Assembly: GCA_026413945.1 (NCBI GenBank) | Contig: JAOAJX010000001.1 | Location: 128,001-192,000, forward strand | Direction: 5' to 3' | DNA from: Candidatus Iainarchaeum sp. | GTDB lineage: Archaea > Iainarchaeota > Iainarchaeia > Iainarchaeales > DTGL01 | DNA: 64,000 bases | Part shown: piece after piece, positions 30,651-41,325 of the stretch | Layout: every line of letters starts with the position of its first letter | Position numbering within the stretch: position 1 is the first letter of the stretch | Position numbers and translations under genes: made by a program | Notes under the pieces: generated by a model | Databases searched by the model: none | What the model was told of the DNA's origin: nothing | The model's input: only the letters and a program-made list of their open reading frames with translations

Positions 30651-33335
30651 CTATCTTTTCTTTCCCTTTTTTTTCTTGAGCAAACCTTGGCTTTTTATTG
30701 TAGCTTGAGCAGCAGCAATTCTCGCTACTGGGACTCTAAAAGGAGAACAGCTTACATAATCAAGGCCAATTTTGTGGCAAAACTCAATAGAAGGCGGATT
30801 TCCACCATGCTCGCCGCAAATACCAAGCTCTATTTTTTCATTTGTTTTTCTTGCTTTTTCGACAGCCATTCTCATTAGCTCACCGACGCCTTCTGTATCA
30901 AGCCTGGCAAATGGGTTTTCAAGCAGTATCCCCTTTGCAATATACTGTGGCAAGAACTTTGGCTCAGCATCATCTCTTGAAAAACCAAAGGTTGTCTGTG
31001 TTAAATCATTAGTGCCAAAAGAGAAAAACTCGACATGCTTGGCTATCTTATCTGCCACCACACAAGCGCGAGGCAACTCAATCATTGTCCCAACTTTATA
31101 GCTAATCCTTAGACCCTCCTTTTTCATGATGTCTTCTGCCTTTTTTCTCACAAGGTCAGCCATTATTTCAATCTCTTTCTCTATGCCAACAAGAGGTATC
31201 ATTATCTGCAACTTTACCTTATAACCTTCCCTTGTTGCTTTTGCAGCTGCCTCAAAAATTGCCTGTACCTGCATTTCATAAACTTCAGGCATTGTTATGC
31301 CAAGGCGTACCCCTCTATGACCAAGCATTGGATTTGCTTCAGATAATGCCCTTGCTTTTTCAAGAAGGATTGCCTTTTCCTTTATCTCTGAGAGCGAAAT
31401 ATTTTTTTTGCATTGTTCACATTCAAGAACTCTTATATCCTTCAACAAGGCGTCTTTGCTGGGCAAAAACTCATGCAAAGGCGGATCTAAAAGGCGTATA
31501 GTTACTGGCAAATTGTTCATTATTTTGAACATCTCATAAAAGTCTTGCCTTTGCATTGGCAAGAGCTTTTCCAAAGCTCTCTTTCTTTCTTCTGTTTTTG
31601 TTGCAATTATCATCTCTTGTACAACAGGAACTCTTTCCTTTGCCATAAACATATGCTCTGTTCTGCAAAGGCCTATGCCTTCTGCACCGAATTCCCTCGC
31701 TTTTGCAGAATCTGTGGGATTATCTGCATTTGTTTTAACTCCAAGAACTCTTATTGAGTCAGCCCAAGAAAGAAGTGTTTTTAGCTCACTGCTTATCTTT
31801 GGCTCAATAGTTGGCGCTTCACCAAGTATTACATCTCCAGTATTTCCATCTATTGTAAGAACATCAAACTCTTTTATTATTAAAGCCCCAATACGTGCTT
31901 GCTTATTTTCAAGATCAATCTGCAATGCCTCGCAACCAGCAACACATGGCTTTCCCATACCACGAGCTACTACTGCTGCATGGCTCGTCATGCCCCCTCT
32001 AGAAGTTAAAACACCTTTTGCAGCAATAACACCATGAATATCTTCTGGTGTAGTTTCGGGTCTTAATAGAAGAACTTTTTCATTGTTTTTGCCCATAGCT
32101 TCAGCAATATCAGCATCAAACACCACTTTTCCAGATGCTGCACCAGGGCTTGCCGGAAGGCCTTTCGCAATTATATTCAGCTTAGCCCCAGGATCAATTT
32201 GTTTGTGCAAAAGCTGGTCAATCTGCTCTGGCTTTATCCTCATTATAGCCTCCTCCTTGCTTATGAGGCCTTCTTTAACCATATCAACCGCAATTTTTAC
32301 TGCAGCCATTGCAGTTCTTTTTCCATCTCTTGTTTGCAATATGTAGAGCTTCCCATCTTCAATGGTAAATTCAACGTCTTGCACATCTCGGTAATGTGCC
32401 TCTAACTTCCTAACAATCTTTTCAATTTGTTTATAAGCTTTTGGCATCTCCTTAGCAAGTAATCTTATATCATTAGGTGTTCTAATTCCAGCGACAACAT
32501 CTTCGCCTTGAGCAGCTATTAAATATTCACCATAAAGACCTTTAGCGCCACTAGACGGATTTCTAGTGAAGAGAACTCCTGTAGCAGAGTTATTATTCTT
32601 GTTGCCATATACCATCATCTGTACATTAACTGCGGTGCCAATGTCATCAGGTATACCTTCAAGCTTTCTATACGTTATCGCCCTTTTGCTATTCCAAGAG
32701 TTAAAGACAGCATTTATGGCCTCAAATAGCTGCAGATAAACATCTTGAGGAAAATCTTCATTTGTTTCTTGAGCATATATTTTCTTGAATTTTTCAACAA
32801 TTTTTTTCATTTCTTTTGAGTCAAGCTCAGAATCATATCTTAAGCCAAGCTCTTTTTTAGCATGCTCAAGCACGGAATCAAATTTTTTAGGGTCGATTCC
32901 CTTCACTGTTTCGCCAAACATTTGTATGAGACGCCTATAAAGGTCATAAACAAAGCGCTCATTTTTGGTTTCTTTTATCATCTGCTCAGCAACTGCATCA
33001 TTGATTCCCAAGTTAAGGATTGTGTCCATCATTCCTGGCATCGAAATAGGTGCACCACTCCTAACTGAAACGAGAAGCGCAGGTGAGCCACCAAACTTTC
33101 TCTTTGTTTTCTTTTCTAGTTTTTTTATTGAATCGAGGACCTGTTCTTTCATTCCTTTTGGATATTGGCAATTGTTTCTTAAGAAATGAATGCAAGCTTT
33201 TGTTGTTATTATAAAGCCTTGTGGCACCGGAAGACCCAACTTTGTCATTTCAGCCAAGTTTGCCCCTTTGCCACCAAGCAAAAATTTTTTTTCTTTGGAG
33301 CCCTCTGAAAAGGCATACACATATTTCTCAACCAT
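30651..33335 (-). CDS. ppdK: Pyruvate, phosphate dikinase
   Basis: LLGGKGANLAEM, SVRSGA..SMPGMMDT, GGMTSHAAVVAR, GLCRTEHMF, SFGTNDLTQ, GICGEHGG. Confidence 0.97.
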   Translation of the reverse strand: MVEKYVYAFSEGSKEKKFLLGGKGANLAEMTKLGLPVPQGFIITTKACIHFLRNNCQYPKGMKEQVLDSIKKLEKKTKRKFGGSPALLVSVRSGAPISMPGMMDTILNLGINDAVAEQMIKETKNERFVYDLYRRLIQMFGETVKGIDPKKFDSVLEHAKKELGLRYDSELDSKEMKKIVEKFKKIYAQETNEDFPQDVYLQLFEAINAVFNSWNSKRAITYRKLEGIPDDIGTAVNVQMMVYGNKNNNSATGVLFTRNPSSGAKGLYGEYLIAAQGEDVVAGIRTPNDIRLLAKEMPKAYKQIEKIVRKLEAHYRDVQDVEFTIEDGKLYILQTRDGKRTAMAAVKIAVDMVKEGLISKEEAIMRIKPEQIDQLLHKQIDPGAKLNIIAKGLPASPGAASGKVVFDADIAEAMGKNNEKVLLLRPETTPEDIHGVIAAKGVLTSRGGMTSHAAVVARGMGKPCVAGCEALQIDLENKQARIGALIIKEFDVLTIDGNTGDVILGEAPTIEPKISSELKTLLSWADSIRVLGVKTNADNPTDSAKAREFGAEGIGLCRTEHMFMAKERVPVVQEMIIATKTEERKRALEKLLPMQRQDFYEMFKIMNNLPVTIRLLDPPLHEFLPSKDALLKDIRVLECEQCKKNISLSEIKEKAILLEKARALSEANPMLGHRGVRLGITMPEVYEMQVQAIFEAAAKATREGYKVKLQIMIPLVGIEKEIEIMADLVRKKAEDIMKKEGLRISYKVGTMIELPRACVVADKIAKHVEFFSFGTNDLTQTTFGFSRDDAEPKFLPQYIAKGILLENPFARLDTEGVGELMRMAVEKARKTNEKIELGICGEHGGNPPSIEFCHKIGLDYVSCSPFRVPVARIAAAQATIKSQGLLKKKKGKKR

Positions 33336-33367
33336 ATTAAATCACCTTCAAATTGTGTTTTTATCAA

Positions 33368-34153
33368 TTATGGTAAATATTTCAACCCTATTTTATGGAG
33401 CCAGAAAGAAAACCTATCGAGTATCGCATTGCCCCTATATTTCTTATCTTCTCCTAAAATTTTTGAAGCTATATTCATAAAGTCAGCGCTTGCTTTTGCA
33501 TTAGGTCTCATATGAACTACTGGCTGATTATAAGCGAATGCTTCATGCACAGCGTCATCTTCAATTATACTACCAATTACGGGTGCTTCAGCAATATTGC
33601 CAACCTCCTCAACGGGAAGCTGGGGCAACCCATAGTTTACTTTGTTCACAATAACCCCAAGAACCTTCTTGTTGAAGGCCCTAGCCAACCTTACAGCTCG
33701 CAACGCATCTATTGTTGCTGGCAACTCAGGATTTGTAACCACTATTACAAAATCGCTTGCCTCAATTGCAAGCTGTGCTTCCTCATCGAGCCCAGCGCCA
33801 GCATCTAAAAAGATAACATCATGCTTCTTCTTCAAGGTGTTTAAAAGCCCAAATGCCTTTCTATAATCGCTTTTAAGATCAGCAATACCCAAACTGCATG
33901 TTAGCAGTTTTACTCCCGAATCGTGAGTGAGAATTGCACCATCAAGCTCAATATCGCCTTTTAGAACATTGTTTATTGTCCTATCTGCTGGCAAATAGCC
34001 CAAATAAAGAGCCCCTGTTGGGCTGCTCACATTGCCGTCAAAAACAAGCGTATTATAGCCTTTTTTATTAAAAGCAGATGCAAGGTTTAGAGCAACAGTC
34101 GTCTTTCCTACACCACCCTTGCCGGAAATTATAGATATAATTTCCCCCATCAC
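33368..34153 (-). CDS. minD: MinD-family ATPase
   Basis: ISGKGGVGKTT, LDAGAG, VTNPELPA, GVIVNKV. Confidence 0.88.
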   Translation of the reverse strand: MMGEIISIISGKGGVGKTTVALNLASAFNKKGYNTLVFDGNVSSPTGALYLGYLPADRTINNVLKGDIELDGAILTHDSGVKLLTCSLGIADLKSDYRKAFGLLNTLKKKHDVIFLDAGAGLDEEAQLAIEASDFVIVVTNPELPATIDALRAVRLARAFNKKVLGVIVNKVNYGLPQLPVEEVGNIAEAPVIGSIIEDDAVHEAFAYNQPVVHMRPNAKASADFMNIASKILGEDKKYRGNAILDRFSFWLHKIGLKYLP

Positions 34154-34301
34154 ATCACCAGCTACTATAATTATGTGTTATTCGCTTTTTATTCCTTTTG
34201 ATTTCAATTGCTAATCAATTGCTAATTGCAAGTCAAAAGACAAGTAACGATAAGTTTTTATATTAGCCATTTATATTAATGTAAAAAACGACGGTGATCT
34301 T

Positions 34302-36572
34302 ATGAAGCTTGAATCAATTGCCTTAATTGCTTTAATAATTGTTTCTGTGGCATCTATCTCTGCCATCCTTTTGATTCCAGATTTGAGAGAGCTCATATTT
34401 CCAAAAAACGAGATTAGCGTTGAAGAAGAATATTATGCTCTCATAAAAAAAAGTTATGAGGCACCACCCTACAAAGCAGATTATCTGATGTCTATTTCAA
34501 TGCCAAATATTTTCGGTTACACCTCACCCGGTTCTGGCCTCGGCATAAATTATAGCTTTGATGTTACAAACACATACTTTTCTAAGTCACTCAACAAAGT
34601 AAGCTTACTTATAAGTGTTTTTGGAGTAGAATCCGAAACCGAGATTTACAATGTCAATGGCAAATCGATCAAATGCCAAAAGACAAACTATTCATCAATA
34701 TATAGCATATTAAGATCATCAAAAGAGAGCGAATGGTTTTGTGAAATTAGCAAGGAAAGTTTTTACTCAATATATGATCCATCAAAAGCGGCTCAAAGCA
34801 TCGATTTAACAAAAAAGATAGATTATAACATTACCTTCATTGGTGAGAAGAAAATAGTTGAGAGAGATGCAAAATGCTACAAATTGGATTATTCTGGCAA
34901 AGATATAAACATCTCATGGCTTCAGAGTATTGCATACTTAGCGGCCACAGATAATGGCTACAGTTCAATAACAGGAGAGCCGCCAAAAATTCCAACAGCT
35001 TTTTCTTTGGTCTCAGAAGTAAACAATGAAAAAAAAGAAGACCTCTACGAGGAAATAGTTTTTAACGCTGAAGTTTGCCTTGATAAACAATACGGTGTTT
35101 TGGCATTGATGGATTCCAACTTTTCCATAAAAATGAAGAATCTCAAAAAGCCAATTGGCTTTTCACTTAAGTTTAACTTGAAAAAGATAGAATTTGGCAA
35201 AGTTAGCGAGCAACACATAAAGCCACCGGTTCCATTTTCTATTGACGCAAACTGCAACAATAAAAATATTAAACTAATGCTAACTGCTTTTGAAGATCTT
35301 AAAGGGCAAGCAAGGCTGACCCTTTCAAAAGAATCTTACTGGATAGCAAAAGATTATGAAGAATCATCGATTAGAAAGGACTCTAACATTGAGTTTGAGA
35401 AAAACCTCGGTGAAATAAGCATCAAGGCATTTGATTCTAGGTCATTCAAGATTGCGCTGGATAAAAACATATCTTACGGTTCAAAAGAAATACGGCTATG
35501 CATAGGCGAAAAATGCCAAAAAAGCAAAAGCTATGGTTGTTATATATCCTCTTTTTCTAAATACTTCTACATTCTTTCTGCAACTTGCAGTGATGCAAAT
35601 ATCTACTTCTCATTGTACTCATACGATGATGTGCAGGGAAACCTCAAAGCAAGGCTCAAAGACGGACTTTCATATGAGACTATTTTTGAGAAAGACTTTG
35701 GGTATGTTTCCTTAGAATCATACAAGAAAAAAAGCTTTGAATTTAAACCAGAAACTGAGCTTTCAGGTTCTGGATATCTAGAGGTCTGTGTCGATGACGA
35801 TTGTTACGATTATTATTGTAGCAAAAGTTCATACGGTGATTTTTATGCAAGCAACCTAACTTGTGACCAAAACAAAGTAAGTTTTACTTTATACAACACA
35901 TATGCCACAAAAGATTATTCGGGGGATCTTACGATAAAAGGTTACTCTGATTATTATAGAAAAAGCCCTATTTTCGATAAGAACATGGGCTTATTTGAGA
36001 TTAAAGCAGGTAAAACAAAAAAAGTTTCAGTCGATGTGGAAAAAGATATAAGCAGTTATAATACAATCTACCTTAATATTTGCATAGGAAAAAACTGCGA
36101 TAAAACATCGTGCTACCCCACATATTATGGAGATTATACTTTCCCACCACTTCCTACGGTAACGCCAGAGCCAGAAGATGTAAATATTGAGGCAAAAGTT
36201 CAAAACTGCATTACCGGAACAACTGATATAACCATTAAAGAATACTGCCTAAGCACTCTTATGAGCTATTATGGCTATTCTCAAAATCCAAAAACTGCCA
36301 AAAATATTCTCCCATTATGCGATGCCATAAAGAAATTTACTGAAGATAATATTTCAAAATATAACACTATGGAAAACTATGGCTTTCTTTACAATGTCCC
36401 TAATTGCTATGCAACTTATGGCTTTTACAGTGGCGTAGGATCCTCAATTTGCGACAAACTTCCGGACAAAGATATTAACATTGTTCAATACGGCAGTATT
36501 AACATAATCGTAAAAGTAAATTGGCGCAATGAATGCAAGCAAAAATATGCAAGCTTGCTTGCAACAAAATAA
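34302..36572 (+). CDS. Membrane-anchored Cys-rich surface protein with three internal repeats
   Basis: N-terminal hydrophobic segment; repeats ending LCIGEKC, VCVDDDC, ICIGKNC; Pro-rich linker PPLPTVTPEPE. Confidence 0.75.
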   Translation: MKLESIALIALIIVSVASISAILLIPDLRELIFPKNEISVEEEYYALIKKSYEAPPYKADYLMSISMPNIFGYTSPGSGLGINYSFDVTNTYFSKSLNKVSLLISVFGVESETEIYNVNGKSIKCQKTNYSSIYSILRSSKESEWFCEISKESFYSIYDPSKAAQSIDLTKKIDYNITFIGEKKIVERDAKCYKLDYSGKDINISWLQSIAYLAATDNGYSSITGEPPKIPTAFSLVSEVNNEKKEDLYEEIVFNAEVCLDKQYGVLALMDSNFSIKMKNLKKPIGFSLKFNLKKIEFGKVSEQHIKPPVPFSIDANCNNKNIKLMLTAFEDLKGQARLTLSKESYWIAKDYEESSIRKDSNIEFEKNLGEISIKAFDSRSFKIALDKNISYGSKEIRLCIGEKCQKSKSYGCYISSFSKYFYILSATCSDANIYFSLYSYDDVQGNLKARLKDGLSYETIFEKDFGYVSLESYKKKSFEFKPETELSGSGYLEVCVDDDCYDYYCSKSSYGDFYASNLTCDQNKVSFTLYNTYATKDYSGDLTIKGYSDYYRKSPIFDKNMGLFEIKAGKTKKVSVDVEKDISSYNTIYLNICIGKNCDKTSCYPTYYGDYTFPPLPTVTPEPEDVNIEAKVQNCITGTTDITIKEYCLSTLMSYYGYSQNPKTAKNILPLCDAIKKFTEDNISKYNTMENYGFLYNVPNCYATYGFYSGVGSSICDKLPDKDINIVQYGSINIIVKVNWRNECKQKYASLLATK

Positions 36573-36576
36573 ATGC

Positions 36577-38070
36577 CTAATCCAATTCAACTGCAAAATA
36601 TTTTGCGAGTAGAGGCTGCACTTTTTGCAGCTCAAAATACATCTGCTGTGCAACTCTCCTGTAGCTCTTGTGACCAGCTTTGCTAGATCTCAACTTTATT
36701 ATATGATAAAGTTCACGGGAATTCATAGTGAATAAAGTGCGCTTTCTGAATGCAAGAGGCACACAATACTGCGCATCAATAGGACTATATTCGGCTATTT
36801 TATGGTATAACTCACCAGCTTTTCTCATAAGCTCACAAAAATCTTTTTTAAGGCCAAAATTTGAAAGTTCTTCAGGAACACAGAAACCATGCCTTGTGCT
36901 CAATAGCTGAGTTGTCTGGGTGCATATGCGATGCCTTTGAATATCTCTGTAAGCGCCATAATCCATTAAAATTTCAAAAGTGTACGTTGAATGTTCAATT
37001 TCCCTCAACGGTTCATCTTTGTTTTGAATCCTCTTGAAAAACTCTTCAAATATTCTTTCTTTCTTTGCTCTGCTTAGTTTTTTTACTTTATCAAGCACTT
37101 TTTGAAAAGGGATGTGAAGATTTTTATACATAATAGCTGCTACAAGCTTATCTTCAGCATCTTGCTCATAATATAGTAAATTTACCTCATTACCTGCTAC
37201 TTCCTTCACCATTTCTTTTTTTTCTTCACTAAATTCTTCTTTTGCTATATTTGCAATACTCAAGTCAGTTTCTTCAATATACGGGTTTTTCTCTGCAAAG
37301 CTTCCCAAAATTGGCATTATCTTTGATGCCTCTTCTTTTATCAGCAAGCCCAATGATTGGGCCTCCTCGAGTTTGTTTGAGAGTAATTTCTCAACAGCGT
37401 GTGCCAATGACCTTGCATTAAATGTTGCCGCAACATTTGTTAATGTAGCTGCTGGCAAAACATAACGCAAAACATCACATGTCTTTCCTTTGATATAAGA
37501 TGCATAATAAGCATCACTCATGCTTTCTTTTTTTGGAAATTTCTCTCTGAAATAGCTTTCAGCAGCGCTAAAATTCTGAGAATAAAAGTCAAATAGCTCA
37601 TCGAGGGTTTTCTCATATATTCTTCCATATCTTGAATTCATTATTCTTTTTGGTTTGTAGTAATGCCCTTTATCAAAAATCTGGTAGCGCGTGCTTTTTT
37701 CAGTGTAGCTTGCAAGCCGATTATCCTCAAAAATTTTCGTAAGCAAAATGCTAATATCCTCAATCGCAATATTTATCACAGCATGCTCAGCTATGCTAAA
37801 ATGCCCAAAGCCGACAACCCATTTTTTTTGAAATTCAGCTGCTTTCTTTTCAGCCGCCAAAGGCTTCTTCTGGCCGCTTGACTTATAAGGCAATCCTTCT
37901 TCTTTTATCATCTTTAGCAAGATTTCCCTAAAGCCAAGAGGTGATCTGCTGACGTAAGCAAAAATTGTGCTCACCAGCTCAGGTGGCAAATTCTTGAAAA
38001 TATAAACCTTCTTGTCAAAATTGCTGACATAATCTGAAATTATTGCCATATCTTCTTTGCTATATTTCAT
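36577..38070 (-). CDS. thyX: FAD-dependent thymidylate synthase, tandem double-domain form
   Basis: GHFSIAEH..RLASYTEKSTRY in the N-half and REIEH..RDIQRHR..LRS in the C-half. Confidence 0.9.
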   Translation of the reverse strand: MKYSKEDMAIISDYVSNFDKKVYIFKNLPPELVSTIFAYVSRSPLGFREILLKMIKEEGLPYKSSGQKKPLAAEKKAAEFQKKWVVGFGHFSIAEHAVINIAIEDISILLTKIFEDNRLASYTEKSTRYQIFDKGHYYKPKRIMNSRYGRIYEKTLDELFDFYSQNFSAAESYFREKFPKKESMSDAYYASYIKGKTCDVLRYVLPAATLTNVAATFNARSLAHAVEKLLSNKLEEAQSLGLLIKEEASKIMPILGSFAEKNPYIEETDLSIANIAKEEFSEEKKEMVKEVAGNEVNLLYYEQDAEDKLVAAIMYKNLHIPFQKVLDKVKKLSRAKKERIFEEFFKRIQNKDEPLREIEHSTYTFEILMDYGAYRDIQRHRICTQTTQLLSTRHGFCVPEELSNFGLKKDFCELMRKAGELYHKIAEYSPIDAQYCVPLAFRKRTLFTMNSRELYHIIKLRSSKAGHKSYRRVAQQMYFELQKVQPLLAKYFAVELD

Positions 38071-38078
38071 AAAGACAC

Positions 38079-38687
38079 CTAAAAAATTATTCCATAATGC
38101 TTTAGGCCTTTTTTTAAAGAAACCAAATCCTTGAAAACTATTGCTTTCATTCCAATCTTTTTTGCAGCAATCACATTTTCTTTAAGGTCATCAACCAAAA
38201 TTATTTCCTTTGTTTTTACACCTAAAACTCGAAGCATTTTAACAAATATCTTTTTTTCTGGCTTTGCACATCTAAGCTCGCATGAAAAAAAGGCGTAGTC
38301 AAATAGTTTCATAAATTTCTTTTCTTTAAGATATTCAACATCCGGCGAGCTTGCATTTGATAGTATTGCAAGTTTGTATCCAGCTTTTTTAATAGCCTTC
38401 ACAACTTCGATGACTTCTTTTTTCTCTTTGTAAGCTTTTTTTAAATAATCTTTCCAAACCTTTCTCGACTTTGCTTTAGCACCGACCTTTTTTAAAAGCT
38501 CTGAAATAAGATCTTTTTCCTTGATTAGGCCCTTCATCCATTTAAGTTCCATTTTTTTGTATGCCTCAACTACTTTTTCTTTTTGTCTCGTGTTTAACCC
38601 AAAATCCTTCGCAAAAAATTTTAGCCTTTTTTTGCTCGGACGCTCTATAAGCACACCACCAATATCAAATACAACAACTTTAATCAA
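38079..38687 (-). CDS. HAD-family hydrolase
   Basis: VFDIGGVL, ILSN, AKPEKKIF, VDDLKENV..AKKIGM. Confidence 0.9.
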   Translation of the reverse strand: MIKVVVFDIGGVLIERPSKKRLKFFAKDFGLNTRQKEKVVEAYKKMELKWMKGLIKEKDLISELLKKVGAKAKSRKVWKDYLKKAYKEKKEVIEVVKAIKKAGYKLAILSNASSPDVEYLKEKKFMKLFDYAFFSCELRCAKPEKKIFVKMLRVLGVKTKEIILVDDLKENVIAAKKIGMKAIVFKDLVSLKKGLKHYGIIF

Positions 38688-39019
38688 AAAATCACGCTCT
38701 TTAAATCAAGATTCCAAAAAATCCGGCTCCGCCTCAATTTTCTTAGAGAAAAAAGCCACATAAAGAAGATAAGAAGCTATTTTTAGCATTTCTTCAATAG
38801 AAAAGCCTACTTTCAAAATAAACCACAAATTATGGCCAAAAGCATTCAGTCTTTTGAGCAAAAAGAATGATTCAGGCATTTAAATATTTGAACGAATAAT
38901 AATTAAAAAAGCACATTCCAAAGCTACCTAAAATAAATATTCGCTTTTTGACGAAATAAACATAGCCAAAAAGCGTAACCTTTTTAATTTTGTTTGGGCA
39001 ATATGTGTTATGTGGTTTA

Positions 39020-40288
39020 ATGGCTTCAAACATAAGCGGCTTTTACAAGATGAGCCAAGAAGAGCGCCTTGAAGTTTTAAAGCAAAATTGTAAAATCTCA
39101 GATGAAGAACTCCATTTGCTTAAAGAGCTTAAACCAATGGATTTCAAAACAGCCGACATAATGATCGAGAACGTTGTTGGTGTCTTTGGGCTTCCTTTGG
39201 GGATAGCAACCAACTTTGTGGTAAATGGAAAGGACTACTTGATTCCTATGGCAATTGAAGAAAGCAGTGTGGTTGCGGCCGCAAGCAAAGCTGCGAAAAT
39301 TGCAAGGCTTAGCGGTGGTTTTAAAGCTGATGCCAACAAACAGCATATGATCGGCCAGATACAAATTATGGTCAAAGGCAAAAAAACAAACTCAGTCATT
39401 AAAAAAATTAGAGCCAACAAAAAAGCTCTTCTTGAAAAAGCAAACGCTTGTGACAAGGTTCTTGTTTCGTTTGGTGGTGGTGCCAAAGATTTAATTATCA
39501 GGCATTTTGAGGGCTTTATTGTATTACATTTGATTGTTGATGTTCGGGATGCAATGGGTGCAAATGCCATCAACACAATGTGCGAAACCATTGCACCAGA
39601 AATTGAAAAAATTGCAAACTGTAGGACAGGAATCAAAATAATTTCAAACCTTGCTGTTTACCGGTTAGCGAAGGCTAAAGCAGTATTTACAAAGCATTTA
39701 CTTGAAGAAGAGTCTGGCAAAGGCATAGTTGACGAGATTATTAAAGCTTGGAAGTTTGCATTGGCTGATCCTTACAGAGCAGTAACTCACAATAAAGGAA
39801 TAATGAATGGTATAGATGCTATAGCAATAGCTACAGGCAATGATTTCAGGGCATTAGAAGCTGGCGCTCACGGGTATGCTTGTATTAAAGGTAATTATAA
39901 ACCACTTACGAAATATTATAAAGATAAAAATGGAAACCTTATCGGAGAAATAACCATGCCTCTACAGTTTGGAATTGTTGGTGGTTCTACTAGGGTAAAT
40001 CCAATGGCTAAATTGTGCCTTAATATACTTGGAGTTAAAAGTGCACAAGAATTAGCAGAGGTTGCAGCATCGGTTGGGCTCGCACAAAACTTTGCTGCAC
40101 TTTACGCATTATCCACTAAAGGAATTCAATATGGTCACATGAAACTTCATGCAAAAAATATAGCTGTGCAAGCCGGAGCCAAAAACTACGAGATTGATGC
40201 TGTTGCTGAAGCCATGATTTCTTCAAAATCTATTAATGAAGCATCTGCAAAAGAAATACTCAAAAAAATCAGGAGAGATACTTTATGA
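39020..40288 (+). CDS. mvaA: HMG-CoA reductase, class II
   Basis: MIENVVG, EESSVVAA, DAMGAN, THNKGIMNG, GNDFRA, GHMKLH. Confidence 0.94.
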   Translation: MASNISGFYKMSQEERLEVLKQNCKISDEELHLLKELKPMDFKTADIMIENVVGVFGLPLGIATNFVVNGKDYLIPMAIEESSVVAAASKAAKIARLSGGFKADANKQHMIGQIQIMVKGKKTNSVIKKIRANKKALLEKANACDKVLVSFGGGAKDLIIRHFEGFIVLHLIVDVRDAMGANAINTMCETIAPEIEKIANCRTGIKIISNLAVYRLAKAKAVFTKHLLEEESGKGIVDEIIKAWKFALADPYRAVTHNKGIMNGIDAIAIATGNDFRALEAGAHGYACIKGNYKPLTKYYKDKNGNLIGEITMPLQFGIVGGSTRVNPMAKLCLNILGVKSAQELAEVAASVGLAQNFAALYALSTKGIQYGHMKLHAKNIAVQAGAKNYEIDAVAEAMISSKSINEASAKEILKKIRRDTL

Positions 40289-41316
40289 CTGCAGGCATAG
40301 TTGGCTATGGCATCTATGTACCAAAGTTAAGGATAAAAGTAAGCGAAATAGAGCGAGTATGGCAAAAAAGCTCAGGTGGAATCGGTGTGAATGAAAAAGC
40401 AGTGGCTTCTATAGATGAAGATGCTTGCACACTTGCAGTAGAAGCGGCAAGACGAGGCATAGAAGACTTTTCCATAGACCCAAAAAGAATAAATGCTATC
40501 TATGTTGGCTCCGAAAGCCATCCTTATGCAGTAAATCCTACATCAAGCATTGTTGGTGATGCTCTCGGAACAACAAATAAATATTATGCTGTTGATATGG
40601 AATTTGCCTGTAAAGCTGGAACTGCTGGAATGCAAGTTTGCTATGCACTAAAAAAGGCAAGAATGATCGATATCGGCCTAGCTATAGGCTCTGATACTGC
40701 ACAAAGCAAACCAAACGATGCACTTGAATTTACAGCAGCAAGCGGGGCTGCTGCATTTTTCATAGGAGATAAGAAAGATGAAGTTATAGCAGAAATTGAG
40801 AGCACATGTAGTTATACAAGTGATATGCCAGATTTTTGGCGTAGACCTAAAGCGGAATTTCCAGAGCACACCGGAAGGTTTACAGCAGAAGCCTATTTTA
40901 AGCACGTCATAGGTGCCGCCAAAATGATCCTTGAAGAAACAGGTTATAGGGCGGACGAATTTGACTATGCTGTTTTTCATCAACCAAACGGAAAGTTTCC
41001 CTTAAAAGCCGCGAGTATCCTTGGTATAGAAACAAAAAAGGTGGAGCAAGGCCTTATAACACCACTAATAGGAAACACTTATAGTGGATCTACCATGATA
41101 GGGTTAGCCAGCATACTTGATATCGCAAAACCAAAGCAAAAAATACTTGCTGTAAGCTATGGCAGTGGTGCGGGAAGTGATGCCTTTATAATAAATACAA
41201 CTGATAACATCTCAGATAGGAGAGCAAAGGTGCCTGTGCTAGAAATGATTAAGGAAAAAGAGTATATTGATTATGCACTTTATTTAAGACATAGACGCAA
41301 AATAAAAAGCTTGTAA
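40285..41316 (+). CDS. HMG-CoA synthase, archaeal type
   Basis: VGSESHPYAV, EFACKAGT, FHQPNGKFP, GNTYSG, SYGSGAGSD. Confidence 0.94.
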   Translation: MTAGIVGYGIYVPKLRIKVSEIERVWQKSSGGIGVNEKAVASIDEDACTLAVEAARRGIEDFSIDPKRINAIYVGSESHPYAVNPTSSIVGDALGTTNKYYAVDMEFACKAGTAGMQVCYALKKARMIDIGLAIGSDTAQSKPNDALEFTAASGAAAFFIGDKKDEVIAEIESTCSYTSDMPDFWRRPKAEFPEHTGRFTAEAYFKHVIGAAKMILEETGYRADEFDYAVFHQPNGKFPLKAASILGIETKKVEQGLITPLIGNTYSGSTMIGLASILDIAKPKQKILAVSYGSGAGSDAFIINTTDNISDRRAKVPVLEMIKEKEYIDYALYLRHRRKIKSL

Positions 41317-41325
41317 GTGATTTTT

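Noticed and set aside
38706-38879. 57-aa minus-strand ORF (MPESFFLLKR..IEEMLKIASYLLYVAFF), possible membrane-protein remnant
   Set aside because: No SD and no recognisable family; cannot be supported without a search
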